From assembly GCA_021817785.1 (NCBI GenBank), contig JAKAFY010000005.1:553-64552 (forward strand): a stretch of 64,000 bases of DNA. The letters are read 5' to 3'. The stretch's first letter is position 1. Every line of letters begins with the position of its first letter. The DNA is from a bacterium. GTDB lineage: Bacteria > Patescibacteriota > Microgenomatia > UBA10105 > UBA927. Below, one piece after another: positions 9,679 through 19,260 of this stretch. The notes below the pieces were generated by a model that ran no database searches, was not told the DNA's origin, and was given only the letters and a program-made list of their open reading frames with translations. The position numbers and the translations under genes were made by a program.

Positions 9679-9762
9679 CTATTTTTCAGCGAATCTTCAG
9701 CGCGCTCTATGGTATGCTTTGCATAGACCGTATTGCGGGGTATACTTATATCCCTCACGCAT

Positions 9763-10566
9763 ATGAAAAAAACCGTACCAAAATCATTGAAAGAAAAACA
9801 AGCGCCTCCGGCCGCTGGAAAAGAGCGTCCGACGATGGTAAAGCCGACGAATGCGTTTACCCAGGCGCTGGCCCGGGAGATCGTAAAAAATCTCACTGCT
9901 CTCAGTGAAATTACGTCACGGCCGTTTCACCGCCCTGCCTCACCTGAAACCAAGGAATCTATCGGCGATCACCCGACGCTTGTGGATACCAGTGTCCTCA
10001 TAGACGGCAGGATTTTGACGATCGTCAACAGCGGGTTTCTCACGGGCACGCTCATCATCCCGCAGTTTGTCTTGCAGGAGGTGCAGCATATCGCAGATGA
10101 TAGTGATCCGTTAAGGAGAGCGAAAGGCAGGCGAGCGCTTGATGTGATTAACAAGCTGAAAAGTCAGAAGGTAAACCCGTGGGCAAAAATGAAAGTAGTA
10201 TCGGAAGATCCCACCGATATAAAAGAGGTAGATAGCAAGCTGGTGGCGTTGGCTAAACGGTGGGATGGGGTGCTACTGACCGTTGATTTTAATCTTGCTC
10301 ATGTGTCACGTGCGCAGGGGGTGCGGGTGTTAAACGTCAATGATTTGGCGCAGGCCATGAAGGTGGCATTGGTGGCAGGAGAGGAATTTACGATCAAAAT
10401 TACCCATGAAGGCCGTGAACGGGAACAAGGCGTCGGGTATTTACCGGATGGCACGATGGTGATCGTAGAGAATGCCAAAGGCAGAGTAGGGGAGGAGCTG
10501 GCCGTGATGGTGACCAAAATCCATCAAACGCCCGCGGGCCAGCTGTTTTTTGCCCGGATGAAATGA
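9763..10566 (+). CDS. PIN/TRAM domain protein (YacL-like)
   Basis: PIN-like core (LVDTSVLIDGRILTIVNSGFLTGTLIIPQFVLQEVQHIADD) plus a C-terminal TRAM-like beta region (FTIKITHEGREREQGVGYLPDGTMVIVENAKGRVGEELAVMVTKIHQT). The probable start is the ATG at 9763 (MKKTVPK...) rather than the track's 9733. Confidence 0.7.
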   Translation: MKKTVPKSLKEKQAPPAAGKERPTMVKPTNAFTQALAREIVKNLTALSEITSRPFHRPASPETKESIGDHPTLVDTSVLIDGRILTIVNSGFLTGTLIIPQFVLQEVQHIADDSDPLRRAKGRRALDVINKLKSQKVNPWAKMKVVSEDPTDIKEVDSKLVALAKRWDGVLLTVDFNLAHVSRAQGVRVLNVNDLAQAMKVALVAGEEFTIKITHEGREREQGVGYLPDGTMVIVENAKGRVGEELAVMVTKIHQTPAGQLFFARMK

Positions 10567-10765
10567 TGCGGGACCTGTCACACGAAACAATCCCGCCAGT
10601 ACTCCTCTTCACCGAACTCCGTGTATTTGTTATAGCCTATTGATGGTGTCAGTCTCTTCTTACCTCTTTGTAGGTTCCAGTTATGTTCGTTCAGAGGTGC
10701 GTGCTGTCGGGAGCCCTTTTCGTGTGCCACCCGCTAAATAAGATGGTGCCGTCAAAGAAAATTTG

Positions 10766-10785
10766 TTATCCATAAGTTATCCACA
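10766..10785 (+). promoter_or_regulatory. two tandem DnaA-box-like 9-mers
   Basis: TTATCCATA (10766-10774) and a perfect TTATCCACA (10777-10785), spaced 11 bp apart, inside a ~1 kb AT-rich non-coding region. Confidence 0.35.
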
Positions 10786-10876
10786 AAGAATTGATAGATT
10801 TTATTTGGGGCTATAGAACAATGTTTTTCTCGATAAAATAATTATAAGATATGCCTTTGTACTACTAAAAATAATT

Positions 10877-11089
10877 ATGGGACTTGACAAAGAGTTTGAA
10901 AAGGAGTTTACTGAAATAGTGAATAAACTAGCTTTGGGTTTGGGATCCATACTAAAGGCCCTGGGAGTGGGCAAGAAAGCCAGGGTAAGCCCGTTTGAAC
11001 GGGAGAGACGTTCGTATGAAGCGGATGTCCGCAAGGAGTTTCTGAAGCTTAAAGAAAAGGGATTGAGTATACCGGTGTTTACGTTATGA
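10877..11089 (+). CDS. hypothetical small protein (70 aa)
   Basis: Short ORF in an AT-rich intergenic region with a weak RBS. Contains an LALGLGS segment that recurs in a downstream fragment. Confidence 0.25.
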   Translation: MGLDKEFEKEFTEIVNKLALGLGSILKALGVGKKARVSPFERERRSYEADVRKEFLKLKEKGLSIPVFTL

Positions 11090-11623
11090 GAGCAGGGTAT
11101 TCACGATCAGATAAAGCTATTGTGAATTGCTCATGCTACATTTGAAGGTTTACAAGGTTGCCAGATAATAAAAAAGCATCACTACCGCTAGCTTTGGGTT
11201 TGGGACCGGCTACGAATAGTAATGCCTTTTATATGTGGCACCATTCGCAATGGGCAAAAGGAATGATACCGAAAGCGAGAATACCAACGGTATGATTTCT
11301 TGTCAAATAAAATTGCGAGGCTAAATTTTGTCCCCCGGATTGTTACAATCAGTAAAAATCAACGAGCTTTTTTGTTTCCCTTTTTTGTGTCATTTTTTTC
11401 TCTATCAATTTTCATTGTCGGTAGTATTTGCGTGATTGACAATCGTATCTTTTTGGTGTTACTATCGCTGCGATTTCGATCTGAGGTATCATTTCTGGGG
11501 TATAAAAGTATTCTAAAGATTGAAGAGTAGTTTACTAAAACGTACTTTGTGTGGAGGATTGATAGTTGGGCAGGCTGTCAATCTTCCATAGAGAGTACGT
11601 TTTTTTGTGATATCATTTATGGC

Positions 11624-12229
11624 ATGGCAAAACCGATTGTCGTAGGATTTGATTTCGACGGAGTCGTGGCATATAACCCGGCGCGGCTTGCGCGGTACCC
11701 CATATCGTTTATCAAGCAGAACATACTGGGCATACACACGGTTTCTTTTTTTATTCCAAAAAACGGTATCGAGCGCGCCTTTTGGTCGCTGGCCCATGAG
11801 TCCAGTATGTTTCCTGCTTTGGGAGTCACGCATTTGCGGCATCTTGTATCTGAGGGCGTCATAGAGGCCCATTTGCTGACTTCCAGATTTGGATTTCTGG
11901 AGCCGAATCTTCGGAGATTTCTGCGTTTTTGGAACTTATCCAATGTATTTACCTCGGTAACGCTCAATACCCGCGAAGAACAACCGCATCTGTTTAAAGA
12001 ACGGATTATCCGGGCTAAGAAATTTGAATACTTCGTAGAAGATAATTGGGATATCGTATCCCATCTTGCCGCTAACCTGCCTCGCCGGCAGAAGGGGACC
12101 CGGTTAACGACGGTCCACTGGATCTACAACATATTTGACCGGAATCAGCCGTATCCTCATAAATATCCGTATCTGGAAAAATCACTGGAGCATATCGTGA
12201 CGGGCCGTACAATCAAAGCGACGCCGTAG
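11624..12229 (+). CDS. HAD-superfamily hydrolase-like protein
   Basis: An ATG at 11624 gives MAKPIVVGFDFDGVVAYNP, which is HAD motif I (DxDG[VT]). The track ORF begins at 11549 in the same frame. Confidence 0.5.
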   Translation: MAKPIVVGFDFDGVVAYNPARLARYPISFIKQNILGIHTVSFFIPKNGIERAFWSLAHESSMFPALGVTHLRHLVSEGVIEAHLLTSRFGFLEPNLRRFLRFWNLSNVFTSVTLNTREEQPHLFKERIIRAKKFEYFVEDNWDIVSHLAANLPRRQKGTRLTTVHWIYNIFDRNQPYPHKYPYLEKSLEHIVTGRTIKATP

Positions 12230-12235
12230 TAAGGT

Positions 12236-13366
12236 ATGAAGGTATTATTTACGATTACGTATTATCATCCGTATGTTTCCGGACTGACGATTGCCGCATC
12301 GCGGTTTGCCGAAGGATTGGTAAAAAAAGGACACCGGGTGACCATACTTGCCATGCGCCATGACAGGGCATTACGGATATCTGAAACGATACGCGGAGTC
12401 CGGGTTGTACGCGCAACACCCTGGATCCGAATGAGCAAGGGATTTCTTTCCTGGGATTGGATCCGCCAGTCATGGCGGCTGGTAGAAACCCATGATGTGA
12501 TCGTGGTGAATTTACCGCAGTTTGAAGGCATACTTCCCGCGCTGCTGGCCAAATGCATGGGGAAAAAGGTTATTGCCGTGTATCATTGTGAGGTCGTGTT
12601 GCCAAAAGGATTCGGGAACAGCATCATCCAATCGCTTCTGGAAATTTCCAACATGGGTTCACTCCTGCTTGCCGATCGGGTGGTGACCTATACCAAAGAT
12701 TACGCCAAACAGAGCAGATTATTACGACATATTTTTCCCAGACTTTCCTGTATTGTTCCTCCCGTTCTGCCGCTCCGCGCGCATCCCGTCATGCTTCGGA
12801 AATACAAAAAGATGATTGGGGAAGCGGATGCGGTCATAGGAATTGCCGCGCGGTTGTCTGCGGAAAAGGGGATGGAGTATCTTTTCAAAGCAATTCCACA
12901 GCTCAAATTAAAAACTTCAAATTACAAATTTAAAATTGCAGTGGCGGGTCCCATGGATCCGGTCGGAGAAGCATCATATAAGGAAAACATTATGTCATTG
13001 GTGAAACAGTACAAAAAACGCGTCGTATTTCTCGGCGAAATTTCTCCGCGTGAGATGGGATCATACTACCAATGCATCGATGTATTAGCAGTTCCGTCGG
13101 TAAATAGCACGGAAGCCTTTGGATTGGTCCAGGTGGAGGCGATGCTGTCCGGCGTACCGGTGGTCGCCAGCAACCTGCCCGGTGTGCGTGTGCCGATTAC
13201 AGAAACAGGCATGGGGATCGTAGTGCCACGTATGGATACCAATGCATTGGCCAGGGCAATCAATCTCGTGATAGCGCACAGAGAAGACTATATCCGGAGT
13301 CCGGAGGAGATACAAAAAATATTTTCTGCGGACACGTCGATAGAAGCATTTAGTACATTACTATAG
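12236..13366 (+). CDS. glycosyltransferase family 4 (GT-B, retaining)
   Basis: C-terminal E-x7-E-like motif EAFGLVQVEAMLSGVPVVAS and a GT4-type domain organisation. Confidence 0.75.
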   Translation: MKVLFTITYYHPYVSGLTIAASRFAEGLVKKGHRVTILAMRHDRALRISETIRGVRVVRATPWIRMSKGFLSWDWIRQSWRLVETHDVIVVNLPQFEGILPALLAKCMGKKVIAVYHCEVVLPKGFGNSIIQSLLEISNMGSLLLADRVVTYTKDYAKQSRLLRHIFPRLSCIVPPVLPLRAHPVMLRKYKKMIGEADAVIGIAARLSAEKGMEYLFKAIPQLKLKTSNYKFKIAVAGPMDPVGEASYKENIMSLVKQYKKRVVFLGEISPREMGSYYQCIDVLAVPSVNSTEAFGLVQVEAMLSGVPVVASNLPGVRVPITETGMGIVVPRMDTNALARAINLVIAHREDYIRSPEEIQKIFSADTSIEAFSTLL

Positions 13367-13542
13367 TTTCCGTGTTCTTTGTTTGCCCAAAGAACATGGA
13401 GGAAGAAAGGGCAGACGGGTGATTTTTTCAATTTTTCTACCGTCGCACGCTCGGGCGGAGCCTCCCTGCACGAAAGGCAGGGTTTCCGCACGTTCTTGCT
13501 CCGTAAGAAAAATTATGAAAAAATTTCAATCGGCATAATCAT

Positions 13543-14313
13543 ATGCAAGATACCAAAGACTATATTCGCATATATGCGAAAGCGAGGCCGGTATTTTTGT
13601 CCGTTTTGCGCGGCAAAGAAGCGGCACTTTATCAGCAATTTTTGCCGCTCAAACACCCGATATTGGACGTGGGGTGCGGGGACGGATTTTTTGCCAGTGT
13701 AACATTCGGAACAAAAAAAACTGACGTCGGATTAGATACGGAAGAAAGTAGGATCAGGGAAGCGGCAGCAACGGCGGCATATAAGAAGATTGTGACGTAT
13801 GACGGGTATACCATCCCGTTTCCCAACCGATCGTTTCAGACCGTCATCATAAATAGCGTATTGGAGCACGTGGATGATCTGCCGCGCGTCCTATCCGAAG
13901 TGAAACGGGTGCTCAAACCAAATGGCGTGTGTTATGCGACCGTTATGGCGGCCCCCTGGGAACGATACTTATTTGGGTCAAAAATTTTTGGAAACGGGTA
14001 TACGCGATGGATGAAGAAAAAGCAGGTGCACGTAAATTTATTGTCCTACGGAGAATGGAAACAGGCGTTTGTCCGGGCAGGCTTAACGCCTACCGCCACA
14101 CTGCCGTATCTAGGGCCCTCGGCAGGAGGATTGCTGGATATATTGCACTATGTGTCGCTGCCCAGTCTCATAAGTTATATGCTCACAAAACGTTGGGTGC
14201 TTTGGCCCGGCGGGACAGGCATATATCCGTACTCCCGGTTTGCATCTGCGATGGATGAACCTGTTTCGCGTGATGATGCAGGAGCACTTTTTTTTGTACT
14301 GAAGCGCACATAA
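13543..14313 (+). CDS. class I SAM-dependent methyltransferase
   Basis: Motif I ILDVGCGDGFF, motif post-II/III (VLKPNGVCY), and an acidic residue after beta2 (GLDTEES). Confidence 0.75.
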   Translation: MQDTKDYIRIYAKARPVFLSVLRGKEAALYQQFLPLKHPILDVGCGDGFFASVTFGTKKTDVGLDTEESRIREAAATAAYKKIVTYDGYTIPFPNRSFQTVIINSVLEHVDDLPRVLSEVKRVLKPNGVCYATVMAAPWERYLFGSKIFGNGYTRWMKKKQVHVNLLSYGEWKQAFVRAGLTPTATLPYLGPSAGGLLDILHYVSLPSLISYMLTKRWVLWPGGTGIYPYSRFASAMDEPVSRDDAGALFFVLKRT

Positions 14314-14317
14314 CGCT

Positions 14318-15823
14318 ATGAAGCGGTTACTTATTTTCTTCGGAGTATTTCTTATTTGCTTCGGCGTCGGGATGTATAAGCTGACGGCTATTCCCGGAGA
14401 TTGGTATGGGGATATTTCCATCGTCCATGAATATGTAGCTTCCATACTATCCGGCGGCTTTCCCTGGCAGTACATGACCTCTGCCGGGCCGTTGTATCAC
14501 TACCTCATCGCACCCACGGTATTGGTGTTTGGTCACCAGTACATCGTCTACAAAACCCTCTCCGTATGTGTCGGCATGATTGCGCTTACCGGAATGTTTT
14601 TGCTGGCTGCTGAGTTATTGGGATTCGAGTGGGGCATGGTGACGACATTGCTTGCCGGTACGTCGTTTTGGTGGTTGGCGTGGGAGCGGACCGGCAATTC
14701 ACAAATTCTTATCGTGGTACTTACGTCTTATACGATCTGGTGTGTGCTCAGATGGCGCACAACCGGCGCACTTCGTTTCGTCGTGTGGGGCACGATCCTG
14801 TCGTCCCTGGGGTTATTTTTGTATCCGCAGACGTGGGTGTTACCTCCGCTTTATGTATTATTGTTCATTCTATCGGGACGGCCACGGTCATATTGGGCAG
14901 GAGCATGGATGTTGATCATACTTTCTGTCGTTGCTGTGTCGTGGTATTTCGTTGTGCGAAATTCCGGCACTATATTTGCAGGAGGATACATCGGATCAAA
15001 ACTATGGCCTGTGTTTACGGTATCGCCCATAGTGATGCTGTCGAGATTTGCGCTATACGTATGGCGGACGGTCCTTATGCTCCATATCCGGGGAGATGGG
15101 GTATTCCGCGTTAATGTCCCCGGCAGTCCGCAGCTGGACGGTGTTTCCGGCGTGTTATTTCTTATCGGTATATGTTGGTGGATGAGGCGAAACCATACCA
15201 ACCTATTTCCCTTTCTTTGGATACCAATCATGGTGTTGATCCTGCCGTCAGTTTCCCCGGCGCTGCCTATCGCTGAAATACCCAATAGCGGCAGAACCAT
15301 CGGAATACTGCCGTTTGTTATGGTACTCGTAGGCAGCGGGGTGCGAGCGCTTTTTGAACGTGTGCCAAACGCATACCGCCGGTGGCGGACAATCGGAATA
15401 GGGATATTGCTTATCAGCGTCATCGGGCTGAATGGTTATAAATACTTTATCCAATACCCGCAGGGATTGCCGAACCACAATATCCCGACCGCCCGTTTGA
15501 TCGCGCAATTTGTAGATACGATACCACAGTCGGTTCCGGTCTATTGGTCAGATTGTTGTTGGGAAGACCATGGGCAGCCGGAGCCGAAAGCGGTGTATTA
15601 CCAATTACATACCACCTACGGAAGAAATAATTTGCTGGCAGCAGAAAACCTTGCGTGTCGCGATATTGAGAGGAAGCACGGTGCATACGTCATCGGTAGG
15701 CCTGATGTCACCTGGACGCAACCCATAGCTGCATGCGCAACGAACGGAATATTTACCCTGCATACGGATAGTGCGGGTAGGGATTTGTTTGGCTCGTACT
15801 ATTTGCCGAGCAGTGCGGAGTAG
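14318..15823 (+). CDS. polytopic membrane glycosyltransferase, GT39/GT83 (ArnT/PMT)-like, GT-C fold
   Basis: 501 aa with more than 10 hydrophobic helices. The N-terminal loop has the PLYHYL motif typical of ArnT-like enzymes. Confidence 0.55.
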   Translation: MKRLLIFFGVFLICFGVGMYKLTAIPGDWYGDISIVHEYVASILSGGFPWQYMTSAGPLYHYLIAPTVLVFGHQYIVYKTLSVCVGMIALTGMFLLAAELLGFEWGMVTTLLAGTSFWWLAWERTGNSQILIVVLTSYTIWCVLRWRTTGALRFVVWGTILSSLGLFLYPQTWVLPPLYVLLFILSGRPRSYWAGAWMLIILSVVAVSWYFVVRNSGTIFAGGYIGSKLWPVFTVSPIVMLSRFALYVWRTVLMLHIRGDGVFRVNVPGSPQLDGVSGVLFLIGICWWMRRNHTNLFPFLWIPIMVLILPSVSPALPIAEIPNSGRTIGILPFVMVLVGSGVRALFERVPNAYRRWRTIGIGILLISVIGLNGYKYFIQYPQGLPNHNIPTARLIAQFVDTIPQSVPVYWSDCCWEDHGQPEPKAVYYQLHTTYGRNNLLAAENLACRDIERKHGAYVIGRPDVTWTQPIAACATNGIFTLHTDSAGRDLFGSYYLPSSAE

Positions 15824-17583
15824 TCTGCCGTCGCAGTCTTTTTGAATATAAGCACTTTCGGGTGATCGTAGACGGTGAACGTTTCATCCGCTCCGTCATC
15901 CCTGATGGTGATTCCTGTTTTTCCACACGGGGTGAGCGGATCCGCTAAAAATCCGTAGGAAAAACCCGGGATGGTGATGCAGGTGGTAACATACGGCACG
16001 GGAATAAACGGCCGAGACGTAAATTGTGCAACGAGCGTAAATCCCAATGACCCGGAAAAAAGATCCTGATAGTACCGGTATGTCTGGGGATACCGGTTCC
16101 GAACGCGCCCCATAGCTCCATAGCCGCGGTTGCTTGAGAGGATAAGATAGTCCGCGCGTGAAAGAGTGTCTGTGATTTTGTTCCATTTGTCCAATGAGTC
16201 CGGGTCAAACACCGGCAAGGGCGGGGTGTGATAATCACTTGGTGAAAATCCATTGCGCGGGAACGGAAGCGGATCGTCCCAGGATTCCCATGTGATGGTA
16301 GCGTGTTTCGGAATATGCGTATATATCCAGGTATTTGCCGCAATCCGCGTCGTCGGCGTGGTGTAGATATGAAGATAGGCGATGGGCCATACGACGAACG
16401 ATATACAAAGGAACACCGCAACTAGGTAACGAAAGAGCCGGAGAGGTGTGGATTGCAAGAAAGAAGACAGCGTTATGCCGATAAGTACGGCAAATGCCGG
16501 GTAGATGGGCCAAAAATACCGCATGGGTTTAGCAAACTGGACTGCCTGATATGTTTCCAAAACGACTATCCACGCGAGTATGATGAGTGCGGGCGAGTTC
16601 CGCGATTTTTTCTGTATCGCCCGGTATCCCGCTGCAATCACGGCGATTGTCGATACTATCCCCATGGGAATACCCATACCCCAAACGAAAAGGTCCAGTA
16701 TCGGCTGCATTGGCTGCACGGTAATCCACTGCAGTCCCGGCGGGAACGTGGTAGTCGGAGAATCAAACGAGGCCAATTGACGCCAATTACCCACAACCAA
16801 CGGGTTTACTGTCCATCCCGTGAACAGATAGGGGTACACGATGCGAAGCGTAAGAAAAAAACTTACGGCGCATATGACGGCATCGATGAGAAGATGTTGC
16901 CGGCGTTTATCGGCAGAAGAAGATGTTTGTGTCCACGGGACTGCAATAACAAACGCCACGGCCACAAGAGGGAGTATGAGTGCGGCCGATGCCTTTGCTC
17001 CTACGGCAAGTGCAAGCATACATCCGGTCATGGCATCAAATTTCTGACGTATAATCCGCCAGATACCTATAGTCATAAAGAGCGTGACATAGGGGTCTAC
17101 TGTGAAAAAATGGGAGAGCTGGATGGGGAGGACCATGACGGCATAGCAGAAAGCGGCAAGAAGACCGGCGTACGGCGCGAGTTTTGAGAGACGGGTATCG
17201 AGAGAGGCAAGATAGCGGGCGATAAGAAATACCGTGACGATCGTCAGAAGATCCGCAATACCGGAGAGCGCTCGTCCTACGAGCGTGATGCCATCATACG
17301 TATCTTTACGGATGAGTGATGCGACAAACTTGGTAAGGTATATGGGATATGTGCCATACACAAAAAAAGAAAACCCGCGGTTTTGGGGATTGAGCGGCGA
17401 ATGACCGGTATCAAAATATTCTGCAATGGTTTTCGGCCACTCGATGCCGGTAGCCACCATGGTAAGAAACCGTTCGTCGGGATGGAGGTGGGCATTGTCG
17501 TCCCAATTCAAACCGGTAAACCGGAAGACGGCGCCGATGATTACGATCACACCCAACACGGTTATAGGAATATATTTTTTCAT
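15799..17583 (-). CDS. polytopic membrane glycosyltransferase, GT39/GT-C-like
   Basis: 594 aa. First loop HLHPDERFLTMVATGIEWP carries a DE motif as in PMT/ArnT first periplasmic loops. Multiple TM helices. Convergently overlaps the previous gene by 25 nt. Confidence 0.55.
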   Translation of the reverse strand: MKKYIPITVLGVIVIIGAVFRFTGLNWDDNAHLHPDERFLTMVATGIEWPKTIAEYFDTGHSPLNPQNRGFSFFVYGTYPIYLTKFVASLIRKDTYDGITLVGRALSGIADLLTIVTVFLIARYLASLDTRLSKLAPYAGLLAAFCYAVMVLPIQLSHFFTVDPYVTLFMTIGIWRIIRQKFDAMTGCMLALAVGAKASAALILPLVAVAFVIAVPWTQTSSSADKRRQHLLIDAVICAVSFFLTLRIVYPYLFTGWTVNPLVVGNWRQLASFDSPTTTFPPGLQWITVQPMQPILDLFVWGMGIPMGIVSTIAVIAAGYRAIQKKSRNSPALIILAWIVVLETYQAVQFAKPMRYFWPIYPAFAVLIGITLSSFLQSTPLRLFRYLVAVFLCISFVVWPIAYLHIYTTPTTRIAANTWIYTHIPKHATITWESWDDPLPFPRNGFSPSDYHTPPLPVFDPDSLDKWNKITDTLSRADYLILSSNRGYGAMGRVRNRYPQTYRYYQDLFSGSLGFTLVAQFTSRPFIPVPYVTTCITIPGFSYGFLADPLTPCGKTGITIRDDGADETFTVYDHPKVLIFKKTATADYSALLGK

Positions 17584-17586
17584 ACG

Positions 17587-19260
17587 TTAGTTATGGCTCT
17601 TGCACAGGGTGTCCCTGCTATAGAGTGTAAGGTGTGTGGCCTGATTCTCATAGATAGGAGGTAGAGAATTCCACAGCTGCCAATTCGGCGAAAGATACGC
17701 TTCCGGACGGGGATTCAATTCAATATAGGAAACGTTGTCTTGGGAAAGGAGCGCGCATAGCTCGGTTTTTGTCGGAGCCGAATATATGGCCCTAAGTTGC
17801 TGTTCGCGCGCAGACTGATCGTATCCGTACGACCACGTAAAATATGTATAACCGGAATATAACGCACGCCCGGCAATGGATGCGGGATGATAAAACCAGG
17901 TGGAATTGGCAATGACGGCGTCCGGCGGAGTGTGCCGGAGGATAAAACGCGCATCCTGATTAGCCGCAATGTCAGGGACTGCCCCCATGGTGTCGTTGAT
18001 AATAGGGAAAAGATCAATGAATCCTGATGCCGTGAGCATGCCGATAAGCACGATGCCCACAAAAATCTGCAGCGGTATGCGCCATTGTTTTCTGGGTATG
18101 GTACCCAATTGTCTCAGAACATATATGACGGCATAGGCAGAAAACATGTTGCCGATGATCAAAACAAAATTGAAGAATTTATGATTATTGATCATGTCCG
18201 GAGAAAACCGCAGAAGATTCGGAAGGATACATAGTACCAGCAGCGGACCCACGAATATGCGGCGGATGCGTTTTGGCGCAAGGATAAGCCCTACGGGGAT
18301 AAGGACAAGGTGAAGTCCTATGTTGTCTATCCAAAATTGAACGATGGATCGTGGATCCGTATGTGCGGCAAGGTAGCCGGGTTGCCATACGATATCCGAG
18401 CCGATGTGTGCCACCCGGGTAAGCAGTACCAGTGCCGGAAGGCTGAGAGTTCCCGCAATAAGAAGCGGCAAACGCGTTTCTTTGCGCGCTATGAATACCG
18501 AAGCGCAACACATAGCGAGGATGAGCGCCGCCGGATAATTAAAAAAGAGCAGTAAACTGGCAAGAACCGCAATCAGTATGCCATACCGCATCACATAATG
18601 AATCCGGGTTTTAATAGGCCGCAGCAGGAAAAAAAGTATCGTGAGAATGATGCCGTACGACAGGGCGAGATGCCGCTGGTTTGTGTAAATATTGAGGTTC
18701 CAAAATGCAGTAATGGTATTGCCGTCCCACGGGCCAAATGCCGGGAAACGGGAATTGGTGATAATGTCGGAAATCGTATGGGGATTCAGCGGATGTCCTG
18801 CAAAAAATCGGAGAAATGCCAGGGATCCGTTGAAAAGAAAAAAGAGAACGGAAAGAATAGCAACATAGTGATTCGTAAATAGCAAGAAAGTAAGAGAGTA
18901 GATCGTGCATATCAACAGGAAAAAGCCGAGTGCGCTGGGAAGATTTAATGCCCAGTCTATCCGAAGCCCAGCTTTTTCCAGAGCCCCAACAAGCGCGTAA
19001 AAGCCGAAATGATACCGTATGGGTTCTCCGGGGAAAAGGGGGGACTCTATCGGTTGGCCATGAAATAATCGAGTGAGATTGGGGCCGTAGGAAAATGAAC
19101 GGATCATCGGGATATGGGCACCAAAATCGCTCCAGGCTTTACCGGCAATCAGCATGCTCTGGGTGCGCGTGTCGTAGGAAAATGTGTGGAACATGAGGTA
19201 GAAGGAAAAGAGAAAGGCCGGTAACGCGAGCAAGATAGAAAGAAAGCAAATTCGTCTCAT
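17587..19260 (-). CDS. polytopic membrane protein, putative GT-C glycosyltransferase
   Basis: Many TM helices and a large C-terminal soluble domain. The probable start is Met-22 (MRRICFLSILLALPAFLF) at 19260, abutting the stop of the upstream gene at 19257-19259. The track ORF extends to 19323. Confidence 0.5.
   Translation of the reverse strand: MRRICFLSILLALPAFLFSFYLMFHTFSYDTRTQSMLIAGKAWSDFGAHIPMIRSFSYGPNLTRLFHGQPIESPLFPGEPIRYHFGFYALVGALEKAGLRIDWALNLPSALGFFLLICTIYSLTFLLFTNHYVAILSVLFFLFNGSLAFLRFFAGHPLNPHTISDIITNSRFPAFGPWDGNTITAFWNLNIYTNQRHLALSYGIILTILFFLLRPIKTRIHYVMRYGILIAVLASLLLFFNYPAALILAMCCASVFIARKETRLPLLIAGTLSLPALVLLTRVAHIGSDIVWQPGYLAAHTDPRSIVQFWIDNIGLHLVLIPVGLILAPKRIRRIFVGPLLVLCILPNLLRFSPDMINNHKFFNFVLIIGNMFSAYAVIYVLRQLGTIPRKQWRIPLQIFVGIVLIGMLTASGFIDLFPIINDTMGAVPDIAANQDARFILRHTPPDAVIANSTWFYHPASIAGRALYSGYTYFTWSYGYDQSAREQQLRAIYSAPTKTELCALLSQDNVSYIELNPRPEAYLSPNWQLWNSLPPIYENQATHLTLYSRDTLCKSHN

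Noticed and set aside
14629-17187. + and - strand ORFs of 160-244 aa in alternative frames of the GT39-like genes
   Set aside because: They are out of frame relative to well-supported polytopic membrane protein genes, and their translations are Cys/Arg/His-rich nonsense.
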